This document shows, piece after piece, positions 41,163 to 54,765 of a stretch of 64,000 nucleotides of DNA. Source of the DNA: Octopus vulgaris. Taxonomy: Eukaryota. Position 1 is the first letter of the stretch. The number at the start of each line of letters is the position of its first letter. The DNA is taken from contig OX597837.1 in assembly GCA_951406725.2 (NCBI GenBank), forward strand, positions 6,510,001-6,574,000, read 5' to 3'. The position numbers and the translations under genes were made by a program. Under the pieces are notes generated by a model that was not told where the DNA came from, did not search any database, and saw only the letters and a program-made list of their open reading frames with translations.

Positions 41163-42302
41163 TGAAACCTTAGCGACTGAAGAAGGGGTTTTTTCGTTGT
41201 GTTAATTGTCCTGTACTCCATTTTTTGTTGTTTTTAAAAAAATGTTCAGTTCCTTTGGTTTGTGTCTATGTTTTCGTTTCTCTTTGTGTTCGACGTCCCT
41301 TTGGTGTCCTGTACTCATATATGCGTGTATATGTACATGTAGAGGTAGGTACGTACATATATGTTTATATATATGCATATGTTTTATTTCATTTATTAAT
41401 ATATTATATGACTTAACGCACGCACCCTCTTAAGTAAGATTGTTCTGTATATCAAGTTTTGGTCTTGATATTAACTCTGACGCGCACTCTTCACCTTTCT
41501 GTCCCATCCCTATTCTTTGATTTTCTTTTTCCTCTACTTAACTTGTCTCTTCCTCTCTCTCTCATTCTTCACTCTCTCTCTCTACCCCTCACCATTCTTC
41601 ATGGTCTCCTCGCAGCCATTCCCCTTCTTCTCTCCCTTCCTCTTGCTCCTCCTCCCCCCTTCCCGTCGTCCACCCGCGACGATACTTCCGCCCTGACTGT
41701 CTTTTTTGGTCTGGCTTTCAAGGTAACTGGACGACATTCTTCCTGCTCTCCTGTCGTTCACAAAAAATTCTGCGTTTGCAATACTTTTTTCGTTCGGCGT
41801 CAACAGCCCTTCTTATCTTGTTTTTCCCTGTCCTGTCTTTTACTGTTATATTTTTTTACTGTTTATATTTTTTTACTGTTTATTTTTTTACTGTTTATAT
41901 TTTTGTACTGTCGTTACTGTCCTGTTTTTTTACCATTTTTTTACCGTTTTTTACCCCTCTGCGAAAAGATCTCAGAATTTTAATTGATTTGCTTTTCGCA
42001 GGAAGGAAAGTTTCTTGTCGAAGATACGTCTCGCTTTTATCCTTCGAAACGTAGAGTAGATGAAACCTTAGCGACTGAAGAAGCGGTTTTTTCGTTGTGT
42101 TAATTGTCTTGTACTCCATTTTTTGTTGTTTTAAAAAAAGTGTCCAGTTCCTTTGGTTTGTGTCTATGTTTTCGTTTCTCTTTGTGTTCGACGTCCCTTT
42201 GGTGTCCTGTACTCATATATGCGTGTATATGTACATGTAGAGGTAGGTACGTACATATATGTTTATATATATGCATATGTTTTATTTCATTTATTAATAT
42301 AT
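41161..42302 (+). mobile_element. 1.14-kb non-coding element with ~243-bp direct terminal repeats, in (TA)n (non-autonomous PLE/retrozyme-like)
   Basis: 41161-41404 recurs at 42059-42302 with few differences (period 898). No TG..CA ends and no ORF. Hammerhead core segments lie at 42025-42086. Confidence 0.8.
42025..42086 (+). ncRNA. Candidate non-circularly permuted hammerhead ribozyme
   Basis: TACGT-C-TCGCT ... CCTTC-GAAA-CGTA ... AGCGA-CTGAAGA-A-GCGG; homologue with compensatory changes at 15024-15086 (-). Confidence 0.5.
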
Positions 42303-42419
42303 ATATATATATATATATTGAATTTTCTCTGACTCCTCAGATTTTTTGAATGCTGGACTACTGGTTTTAAATTGATATTAAAATTAATATTAATTTATCT
42401 CCCTCAATTTTTAAATATT

Positions 42420-42470
<51 letters not shown>

Positions 42471-42489
42471 ATGTGTGTGTGTGTGTCTG

Positions 42490-42668
42490 TGCAGGAGTGG
42501 CTGTGTGGTAAGTAGCTTGCTTAACAACCACTCTGTTTTCAGTCAAACTGCGTGGCACCTTGGGTATGTATCTTCTCCTCGGGCCGACCAAAGCCTTTTG
42601 AGTGGATTTCGTAGACGGAAACTGAAAGAAGCCCGACGTATATATATGTATATATGTGTGTGTGTGTT

Positions 42669-42723
<55 letters not shown>

Positions 42724-42945
42724 ATGTGTCTGTGTGTGCTTGTGTGTGTGTGTCTGTGTTTGTCCCACCACCATCGCTTGACAACCGATGTTAGTGTGCT
42801 TACGTCCCCGTCACTTAGCGGTTCGGCAAAAGAGACAGGTAGAATAAGTATTAGGCTTACAAAGACTAAGTCCTGCGGTTGTTTGACCCCAGGACTTATT
42901 CGTTTTGTTTGGCTGTTCTCCAGCATGGCCGTAGTCAAATGACTG
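42490..42945 (+). mobile_element. SINE family A, near full-length, rearranged 3' part
   Basis: Collinear with other copies; short local inversion near 42865-42905 (TAAGTCCTG/CAGGACTTA). Confidence 0.88.
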
Positions 42946-43199
42946 CGTTCTTTTGCGTTTTGCTACTATACACTGCGTCATTATACTAAATTTATTCGGT
43001 GTTTCAACTTCGGACTTAGAAACTAGTTAGGTAGAAGAAACAAAATTTACGGCCTAAATGAATTACAATGGATTTTATTTAGTTAACCAAGTTTGATCCC
43101 TACAGAGTGCTTATAAAGTATTCAGGTGGAATTCTAATCCTTTACTTTTGTCCTTTGTACATATAAATACGTGTATTTATATATATATATATATATCAT

Positions 43200-44499
43200 A
43201 CAGGCATGGAGCTTACAAATATAATTTCAAGTGCAGGCTTTGCTTATTAGAAAAAATGCACATATTATTCAAAGACAATAATTCTTTGAATCAAAGAAGT
43301 GAATTAATGAACTTATGTAGGCACAAGGCTAAATTTAAAATGTCGAATATAAATATACCATATGGATAGAGTATATATTTTGTATTTTGATTTTTTGATT
43401 TTGATTTTGACTCTTGAGCGCTACAACGGACCTATAGCAAAGTCTTATTGTTTCTACATATATATTAGGAAAACCTACAAACTTTGTTTTCATGTTATTG
43501 TATTGCATAAGATTACCTTGATTATTTATATTACCTTGATTATTTATAAATGACCCAAAATAGGATGTTATATTTTATTTTATAGGTCTTTCGTATATAT
43601 TTTTATTAATGCACCCATTTTTTAAAAGCAATGTTTTTTTATAAAAAAAGCAATGTTGTCAAATTTAGAATGTTTATATAAGTTTGTGTATAGCAAAGCA
43701 TATGTATTTGTAAGCATGCGTATCTGTGTATGTGTAAGTGAAAGTATGCTTGTGCTTAAGCACACATATACACGACGGTATGTATATGTATCAATTCAAA
43801 CTTGTGTATGTATACTGGCCTCTATAGATGCCAAATAACATCGCTACAAGTTTTTTCCCCACCCCTCCTCCGTTCCTTTTTCTCTCTTTCCCTTTCTTTC
43901 GTTCCCCCTCCTTGCTCAGTATATGAGAATTGCTACATAGATGAATTTTAGCTTGCGTGCGAGACGGTTTGCGTGAATATATGTACACATGCTTTTATGT
44001 GTATAATTTAGATTCATATTCATACGTCTGTATATGTATGTATGGCGTTTACGCGCATCCTTTTGTGTATGTTGATATATATATGTGGATTTTAATATAA
44101 ATATGTATTGCAGTATTTATAACAGGTTTAATTTCTATGCATTAATTTGTACTGTCTTCATTAACGGCAACAGGTTTTTTCCCCGGTATTTTCCTCGGAT
44201 TTTATAATTTTTATAAGTTTTTATATATATATACATATATTTTTGACCTTTTTGTTTATCGCTCGAAGATTGACCGTTTTTTCTAAAGGGCCAATCAAAC
44301 AAGTCCATTTCTTTTTAAAGGTGTAGCGTTTGTAAGAGTATAGATTGAATTAATATATATGTTCCATTCTAGCAAAAACTGTCTGATGAACGGCAACGAG
44401 AAATCAGAGTAACAGATTTTGTTGAATTTTCTGCTGCTTAACTGGTATTTGAGTACTCTTTTTTCCACCTTGTTTCACATTTATGTGTTTACTCCGGTC
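43200..44499 (+). mobile_element. Penelope-like element 3' portion: GIY-YIG C-terminus, long 3' region and HHR
   Basis: AYKYNFKCRLCLLEKMHI..NSLNQRSELMNLCRHKAKF is a characteristic PLE C-terminus; HHR at 44374-44420; ends in (TA)n. Confidence 0.75.
44374..44420 (+). ncRNA. Minimal type I hammerhead (slightly degenerate)
   Basis: AAAAACTGT CTGATGA ACG-GCAA-CGA GAAA TCAGAG TA ACAGATTTT; the first pair of stem II is an A.A mismatch. Confidence 0.65.
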
Positions 44500-44804
44500 T
44501 ATATATATATATATATATATTAGTACACACTCACGTTATGTATATATAAACTTAGATACACGCATATATTTTCGGATCTCTTCAAGTGGTTTTGGAAGAT
44601 TGTTTTTAAGAGCGGTATTTGAATTTACTTTTCCTGCTTTAATATATTTATGAGCTAATATATTTTTCTTAAGTTACCGTTTATTCTTTCAATAATCGCA
44701 AACAGATGTTTCCTCCGATGCGTGATGTGCTTCAGATGACGAGGCAAATAAAAATATTTAAAAGAGATTACGAAAGTAAATGAGAACTTTTCAAAGGAAT
44801 GATG

Positions 44805-44863
<59 letters not shown>

Positions 44864-46304
44864 GCTTTTAGGTTGGTCTATGAAAATTATATGCATTTGA
44901 AAAACATTTAAAGAAGATTTGAAAAATATTTATGGGAAAAATGTAAAGTTGATGTAGCGTCTAGTTTAATTTCAAATTAAATAGTAAGATTTCTCAGATT
45001 ATTTCAAGAATAAGAGCCTTATAATTTTGCTCCGCCAAATCCTCTGAAGTTAAATGCAAATTATCTCATCGTCGAAATATAGGACGGCATTTGAAGACCA
45101 GCTATCTGTGAGGGTTTGCGAAGGCCCATACCCCAAAAGATTATCGTGGCTCATCCATGTCTGTCTTTATGTAGATCTCTGTTATTGCTAATTTCCGAAG
45201 ATCAATATTCATGAAACCACTCATACAGAAATAAGAGCCTTTTGATCTAAATTTGGTTTGAGGTTTTTACAAATAGGAAGGGACCAGCTAACAAAGAGCA
45301 CGCGTGTACCATAACGACGTTGGTGTCCATTTACGGCTGAATCGACTGCCGTATCGTGAACTCAAGTCACTCGTAGGTAACAGGTGCTGCAACGTCCAGG
45401 AAACGAACCAAAATTATTCTGACAGTGAGCTAACACCAGGAACAAACACACCTAGCAACAAACATTTGGCAATAGAAATATAAATAAATTGAAGATTATG
45501 TATTTGAAAAACGGAACACCACTTCAATCTATACATATGTATATATAGAGACTCAGGGTTTTACACTTATGTCTGTGTGCGTAGGCATCAGACCATTGAT
45601 TCATTGAAATATGTAAATATATTCATATATGTTGATACACACTGGGATATATACATATATCAATATCGATATCAATACCAACGTATATGATTGAGAATCG
45701 TCGAGTGTCTTTACGATGATATCTCAGTGTGTTGCTCTGTGTGTGATCAAGTATGAGCGTACACATGTATATACGTATATACGTATATACATGTTATGGA
45801 ATACGTGTATATGTGTATATATATATTTATATATATATATATATATATCTTTATATATATATATATTATATACGTTATATATATGCATATATATATATAT
45901 ATATACTTATATATATAAACATATATATATATATATATATATATATAAACATGTATATATATATATATATATATGTATATATGTGTGTGTGTGTGAGTGT
46001 GTGTATATACATACTAATATTATTATACTCACACAAACATATTGACTCACGTACATAAGAGACAGAAATAAGTTTATATACATACATGCATACATATATA
46101 TGTGTGTATATATAAATATATATATAGATATTTTAATAGATATAAATATATACATACATACGCACATGCAAACATATATATATATATATACACACATATA
46201 TGAAAGTGTGTATGAATATATGTATATTTATATATATGTATGTGCATACATGTATATATATATATATATATGTATGTATAAGTATCTGTATACATATATG
46301 TATA

Positions 46305-46421
<117 letters not shown>

Positions 46422-46669
46422 CAGGTGTTCTGGGAGATAATATATAAATAAGTCTGAGAATCATACAAATCATAAACAGCTGCTGTACTTGCTATAGGCA
46501 GGTATTTTTTTTTCTAATTGTTTCAACCACATGTATCAGACAGACATACAAAACAGGTAGGAACGTACACACACATCGGTCCGAGTGCGCACATATATAT
46601 TCACAAACACGAAAATAATCAAACGTACGTATCTACATACCTTCCAGTATATGTTCGTGTTCGTGTGTT

Positions 46670-46750
<81 letters not shown>

Positions 46751-47118
46751 GCACACACACGAACTCACACGTGTATTAGGAGGCTTATAGATACGTATCT
46801 TTGCTTATTCACATACACACGTACAAAGGTATACACATATATACGCACATCGCTTCGAAAATATATATATATATATTAATCTATTTTTAATTTTAAAAAT
46901 ATGTATATACATACTCAGGCAGTCTACACATACACATATATGAATATAAAAAAAAAGCAAAACATATATATATATATACCCACGGAAACACATACTCTCA
47001 TAAATGTATATGTATGTATATGCGAGTATTTATATACTCTTGTCCGTATATGCATGCATATATTATACATACATACATACATACATACATATACTCTTTA
47101 CTCTTTTACTCATTTAGA

Positions 47119-47157
<39 letters not shown>

Positions 47158-47194
47158 CATATATATATATATGTATGCATATATATATATATTC

Positions 47195-47235
<41 letters not shown>

Positions 47236-47614
47236 TATACGTACATATACATATATATACATAGGTATATACATCTATATACATATATATATATATATAT
47301 GTGTGTGTGTATGTATATATATATATATCTTGAGAAATTTGGAGAGACATACACATATACATATTGGTATTTTACATAGAAAATCATAAATTTTACTATA
47401 TATAATTACAAATATCTCACGTAGACGCACTCAAATATATTTACGTCATATCTTTATATGTATATATGTACATATATGTATATATCATACACGGGTATAC
47501 GTACATATATATGTGTATAAATAGTGTATATATTATACATATGTATATGCTAGTACTGAGTCTATTCGAGTGTTTTTGTAAGTCTACGTATGTATGTACG
47601 TATACATATATATC

Positions 47615-47645
<31 letters not shown>

Positions 47646-48078
47646 GCATATACCTATATATATACGTATATATATGTATATGTAGATGTTTTTCGATAGT
47701 ATTATCAATATCATCATCGATAAGATACTGAGGGGATTGTCAGTTTAATCTCTAAACTCGCTTTTTCATTGTCTCGAATCCTGGAAATTGTATTTCAGAA
47801 ATCTGTACACAATTCAAAGCTTTCCAATACAAGATTGTCCCAGACAGTATTCTTGTATTCTTTGCGGGGAAATGGAAATGGTTTTAATAGCTTAATTTTG
47901 GATTAATAATAATTTCTATAGAATGAACTCATGTTTGTTTTGGTCAATTATATATAATAACGTCCACATTGTTTGAGGTTGATGCCAACAGATTTTAGTT
48001 ATACGTATGTATGTATATATGTAAGAAGGTACGTATATATATATATATATATATATCTATTTATCTCTCTTCCTCTCC

Positions 48079-48123
<45 letters not shown>

Positions 48124-48128
48124 TCAGC

Positions 48129-48159
<31 letters not shown>

Positions 48160-48394
48160 TCAGCATATATATATATATATTTATATGCATGTGTGTGTGT
48201 ATACACATACGAATATATGTGCACGTGTGTGTGTGTGTGAGTGTGTGTGTGTGTTTGTGTGAGTGAGTGTGTGTGTGTGTGCTTGTATAAATATAGTGAC
48301 CGGGATTCGATCAAAATAAAAATAACATTAATGTCTACTCTAGTATCGATTAACCTTTATTCCGATAGTCAACAATAAACGAGTGTATACATAT

Positions 48395-48443
<49 letters not shown>

Positions 48444-48487
48444 AACACACACACACATATATATATAGATATTTAAATATATATTTG

Positions 48488-48522
<35 letters not shown>

Positions 48523-48605
48523 TTATGGGTGAGAGTTATTGCTTAGGACCTTGTGCAAATATGTTCTGCCGTAACCCAGTGTCTTGTGCGCTAATTTGGT
48601 GTACA

Positions 48606-49215
48606 TACGAGAGTGGGTTTAAAAGTTAAAAGGCTAACTGTTTGAGATGTGAAATCTTGCATATATTAATTTCAACACTTATTAATAACTTCATTGCTTC
48701 GTTCTAGTTAAACTGACATGTAACTGTTCAAAGAAGTCTTGAAAACTAACTAATAGTAACTTCTGTTGAGAATGGATACAATTTGGCATCGTTGCGTTAT
48801 CAGGTATCTGCAGAAAAAGCTACCAAGGACATTCATGCTGGCATGGTTGCTCCATCAGGAGATGAAGCTCCTGTTTTATCAACAGTGTAAAAGTGACCTG
48901 TTGAATTTAGGAGTGAAAGGAAGTGTTTCGAAAATGGTTTAATGCCTCGATGTCCTGAAACTGCCACAACCGAAGGCGTTGATCGTGTTCACTTCATGGT
49001 GATAGATGACAGGCGATTGCCTATAAATCAAATAGCTAAAGCTATTAGCCTATCCACTGACAGAGCTGGGAATATTCTGCACAATGAAGTTGACATGACA
49101 AAGATTTCTGCTCAGTGGATGCCCTCTTCTGGCACCTGATCAAAAGCGCACCAGGCTGATCACATCAGGATAAGTCTGAAATTGTTTGAGGTAGATCCAG
49201 CTAGAGTTCTTGTAA
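48606..49215 (+). mobile_element. Mariner transposase 5' relic (irritans-like)
   Basis: Starts TACGAG. Encodes M...HRCVIRYL..KDIHA..AP..STV*K*..EFR..DRR....IA..I.....IL...MTKISAQWMP (WVPH-like) L..DQK..R. Confidence 0.85.
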
Positions 49216-49432
49216 GTAGATGGATCATTATTTAAGCAAGGTACTTCTTTATTTCGAATGTACAACACGAGTCAATAGTGAGTTGATGCTAGGCTTATTA
49301 ATTATTCAAGAAATACACAAGCGAGAAATATGTATCTGAAATATTCCCACTTACAGAAAATATGATAAGTTATATCTCCTTCGCATTCGCTCACATAAAA
49401 ATATCAACTAATATACAAAGAAAGTTACCTAT

Positions 49433-49843
49433 AGGTGCAGGAGTGGCTGTGTGGTAAGTAGCTTGTTTACCAGCCACATGGTTCCGGGTTCAGTCTCACT
49501 GCGTGGCACCTTGGGCAAGTGTCTTCTACTATAGCTTCGGGCCGACCAAAGCCTTGTGAGTGGATTTGGTAGACGGAAACTGAAAGAAGCCCGTCGTATA
49601 TATGTATATATATATATGTGAGTGTGTGTGTTTGTGTGTCTGTGTTTGTCCCCCTAGCATTGCTTGACAACCGATGCTGGTGTGTTTATGTCCCCGTTAC
49701 TTAGCGGTTCGGCAAAAGAGACCGATAGAATAAGTACTGGGCTTACAAAGAATAAGTCCCGGGGTCGATTTTTATCTACTAAAGGCGGTGCTCCAGCATG
49801 GCCGCAGTCAAATGACTGAAACAAGAAAAAGAGTAAAGAGTAA
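49433..49843 (+). mobile_element. SINE family A, full-length
   Basis: A box, B box, CACCTTGGGCAAGTG, internal microsatellite and tail GACTGAAACAAGAAAAAGAGTAAAGAG. Confidence 0.93.
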
Positions 49844-50579
49844 ATGTGATGTTAACAGGTCTCAGTACCTTATTAGTATTTTATTTTTATCGATAACGAC
49901 GGATAAATCTCAGGTTTATGCAATTGAGGCAGCACCTAATTAAAATAGCTATCTCTGAATCATACTAAATGTATACAAAGGATCGATAGGCCAGTCGCTG
50001 CAGTATTTTTCCAGAAATAACATATTTCATGAGCTTGCCGAGTTAAAGATATAATGAACATCAGAAAGGGAAAAGAAAATTGGTTCCAGCACCCGTGTAT
50101 TTAACACAGTGGAAGTTCGCGGCTGTGAGGTTAGGGATATCCGGCTCATGAAGGTTGCTAGTTCAATTCTCAGCAACGCGTTGTGTCTTTGGGTACGACA
50201 TTTTATTTTGATCGAATCGACTGGAACGCCATGTTGTTGTAACTGACGGTGTAGCAGTTATTAAACACAGATATTTCATAAGAGTCTTTATCACATGTCA
50301 AACGCTCGAATATTGCAGTGAATACCCTGTCGAGAATCTGTATAAATCGATTCGATAAATAGATGAACACAAATTATCTTAGACTTGAGAGTCATCAGGG
50401 TGAAGCTCTGAAACATCTTGGTAACATTTATCGGGCGTACATTTTTTTTAGACAGTGACCAGGGTAGGTCGAGACAGATTGCGTCATGTTTAATCTTATG
50501 ACGTTTTTCCCCTTCTTTTTAAACATCGTGCTGAAAATTTTTGTAATAACTCTGTAATGGCGGCTCTTCTTACTGAGAA

Positions 50580-50641
<62 letters not shown>

Positions 50642-50646
<5 letters not shown>

Positions 50647-50968
50647 TAGTTTTATTTTTATTTTTATAGCGTGCTTTCACTTCACTACCGAGCGCAGCTC
50701 TGTGTGCCTTGGGTATGTGCTGTGATTTGTTGTGATGCTCTGATGGTTATTGTATGGAAAGTGTTCTGCGTAGGATGTGTGCAGTGCCTAGTAGTGCAAT
50801 TTTCTGTATGTTATATGTGTTTGTAAGTCCTGGTGTTTTTGTTATGTATTTGTCTGAATATTTTTTTATCATGCCTAATGCAGCTACTTTGATAGGAAAT
50901 GTTTCTGTTTTCAGATTCCACATTCTGGTTACCTCTATTTCCAGGTCTTTGTATTTTGAGAGTTTCTC
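50642..50968 (-). mobile_element. Short 5'-truncated copy of the 2014-3453 LINE, in (TAA)n
   Basis: Near-identical to 2014-2334; TAA arrays on both sides. Confidence 0.93.
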
Positions 50969-51071
<103 letters not shown>

Positions 51072-51396
51072 AAATAATTTCATTTAGCAGTTATTTTTAA
51101 TTATTATTAATTATAATAATAATAATAATTAAAGTAGGGGTAGTGGCGGTGGTAGTAGCAGTAGTAATAAGAACAGTAACTCTTCAACGTGTCTTGTATA
51201 ATCTAACTTGAGTGCGTATATACATATGTATGTATATATGTGTGAATATATATATATGTGTGTGTGTGTGTGTGTCTGTGTACATATATATATTCTATAC
51301 TTCTGTATGCAGATATTTTTGTGAGCATATGTCTATATACATAAATATATACATTCACACACACACACGCAGGCACACACGCACAGAAACACACAC

Positions 51397-51460
<64 letters not shown>

Positions 51461-51583
51461 GTAGCTTTAGAAGTACCATTCGTATATATTTGTTCAATTT
51501 CGCAATGTCTACACAAATACATGCCGGAGGTATTTGTTAGACTATTAACTTTATACATAGATACACACATACATGCACATATG

Positions 51584-51643
<60 letters not shown>

Positions 51644-51697
51644 AATAAATATATATATATCCTTATGAATATATGCATACATGTGTATATATGAATG

Positions 51698-51761
<64 letters not shown>

Positions 51762-52555
51762 CATACATGTATACACTTGTATGCATATATTCATAAGGAT
51801 ATATATATATGTACGTATATATGTATATATATATATATGGGTATATATGTATATATATATATGTGTATATATATGTAAATATACACACATATATACATAT
51901 ATATATAGGTATACATATATATATTATGTATAAGCATATATATATGTATATACAAATATATATACATACAAAGATATGTTGGTATATATGTATAGATGTA
52001 TTACATATATACGCACACACACTCACACACTCACACACACATATATTTATATAATACGTTACTTTTAATTCTGCTTGGTAAGACTATTTGGTTCGTATTT
52101 CGTATAATTTAAAATCCGTCTGGACATAGCTTCACTCCACACTTTCCCCATCTACCTTTTCTCTCTCCCTCTCCCTCTCCCTCTCTCCCTCTCTCTCTGA
52201 ATATACATACGTCGCCTCCGCCTCCCTAACTTATTTCAATCAAACACACACCCCACTCCAAGATTTCCGTTTCGTTTCGATACTTCAATATGTTTTTGGC
52301 GTTTCATTCCTAGATTCCGTGATCTGATGCCGTGCATTTTAATTGACCATTTTACGTTTCCTTGTCAGTGTCTGTCTTTGAGTTGCTAAAAAACTTAATC
52401 TTTCTAAAGTAACAGAACTAAAGAGTCTTTTAATGATATTCTTACCATTTAAGTACGTTTGTCAATTATTCGTTTTGTAACACGTATTAAAAAAAATAAT
52501 TATTTAGTTCGCCACCCACAGAAGATGTTGCTCCGTAATAGTCTAGAGACACACA

Positions 52556-52632
<77 letters not shown>

Positions 52633-52929
52633 ATGAAAGTAAGATTCAGGAGAACAAAACAGTCAGAAAGAAGCAGTGTTGTTCATAATGGAAATACCTT
52701 TTACATACATAAATACATACATACATACATAAATTCATACATGCATATATACATACACACCGTACATACATACACACATTCACACACACACACACACATA
52801 CATACATACATACATACATACATACATACATACATACATACATACATACATACATACATACATACATACATACATTAATACATACATATCTGCACGTCTG
52901 CATATATACATATAAAAATACCTTTGATA

Positions 52930-53300
52930 TTCTTTTCTACTCTAGGCACAAGGCCCGAAATTTCGCGGAGGAAGCCAGTCGAATAGATCGACTACAGTAC
53001 ACAACTGGTACTTAATTTATTGACCCCGAAAGGATGAAAGGCAAAGTCGACCTTAGTGGAATTTGAACCCAGAATGAAAAGACATACGAAATACCTATTT
53101 ATTTACTACCCACAAGGGGCTAAACACAGAGGGGACAAGCAAGGACAGACAAACGGATTAAGTCGATTATATCGACCCCAGTGCGTAACTGGTACTTATT
53201 TAATCGACCCCGGAAGGATGAAAGGCAAAGTCGACCTTGGCGGAATTGAAATACCGCTAAGCATTTCGCCCGGCGTTCCAACGTTTCTGCCAACTCGCCA
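52930..53300 (-). mobile_element. SINE family B nested inside another family B copy
   Basis: Insert 53096-53247 is flanked by GAAATACC at 53088-53095 and 53248-53255. Confidence 0.85.
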
Positions 53301-53938
53301 AAGAATCCAATGTATGAGCCTTGGACTTTGGTTTGAAAACGGTTCTTTCTCTATTGGCAAGAGATCCTGAAATAAAACCAATGACATACATACATACATA
53401 CATACATACATACTTACATACATACCCTGTTGTTGGTGTTGAAATCCCAATGAAGGAAAATTGTATCTAGGTTAGAAGCCGACTCATTCTCTATTAGCAA
53501 GGAACTTAAAATAACACTGGATAAAGATATACATACATACATTCATACATATATATATACATACATACATTGATACATGCATACAGACAGACACAAACAC
53601 ACACACATACATACAAACATACATACATACATTCATACATACATACATACATATATTCATACATACATACATACATACATATATTCATACATACATACAT
53701 ACATACTTACATTCATACATACATACATAAATACATACACACATACATACATGCATACATGCATACATACATACATACATACATACATACATACAAAAAT
53801 ACATACATACATACATACATACATACATACATTCATACATACATACATACACTGAAAAGTTCCTGGCTTTGAGTAAAAGAAAATGCAGAATGGTCAGTTA
53901 ATTAAGATTTTATACAACAAATTCATACAAGTATATAT

Positions 53939-53969
<31 letters not shown>

Positions 53970-53973
53970 CTTT

Positions 53974-54034
<61 letters not shown>

Positions 54035-54292
54035 GTTTTCATGAGTTTATGTATTTATGCACACTACGTGAAAGAGAGACTGAATTGTAACACAGATAGA
54101 AGAAAAAAAACTTATCTTGTTATTTTGTATTAATTCGTTTTCATCAAAAGAAACCAAACCTGAGAAACTATTGGCAATTTCTTTGAGTGAAGATAATGAA
54201 ACTCCTCTGGTCTTTCCGAAGATGGTGCGACTAGCACGCGATAGTTCTATGCTGCAAGTACTTACCAATTTTGAACTGAACTGTCCAAGCGA

Positions 54293-54363
<71 letters not shown>

Positions 54364-54372
54364 ATATATATA

Positions 54373-54443
<71 letters not shown>

Positions 54444-54459
54444 ATATATATATATATAT

Positions 54460-54670
54460 ACTGCTACTTGTTTCACTCGTCAGACTGCGGCCATGGTGGA
54501 GCAAGGCTTTAAACAGTTCTTGTCGAAGAATTCAACCCCAGGACTTGTTTGTAAGTCTAGTACTTATGTTATCGGTTTTTATGCCGAACCGCTAGTTTAC
54601 AGGGATGTAAACGCACCAACATCGGCTGTCAAGCGATGGTGAGCGGACAAACTCAGACACAACACACACA
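54460..54670 (-). mobile_element. SINE family A, 3' half, degenerate
   Basis: GACTGCGGCCATG..GCCGAACCGCTA..ACATCGGCTGTCAAGCGATG. Confidence 0.8.
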
Positions 54671-54688
54671 TAGATACATATATATATG

Positions 54689-54736
<48 letters not shown>

Positions 54737-54765
54737 TACATATATATGCATACATATATAGGTTA

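Noticed and set aside
41987-42061. Type I HHR with core replaced by TTCGCAG
   Set aside because: The core is unrecognisable and the 15-kb copy lacks U16.1; the permuted model explains the conserved bases better.
54130-54270. Possible exon in a short unique island (either strand)
   Set aside because: Splice signals are weak or conflicting and no protein motif was recognised.
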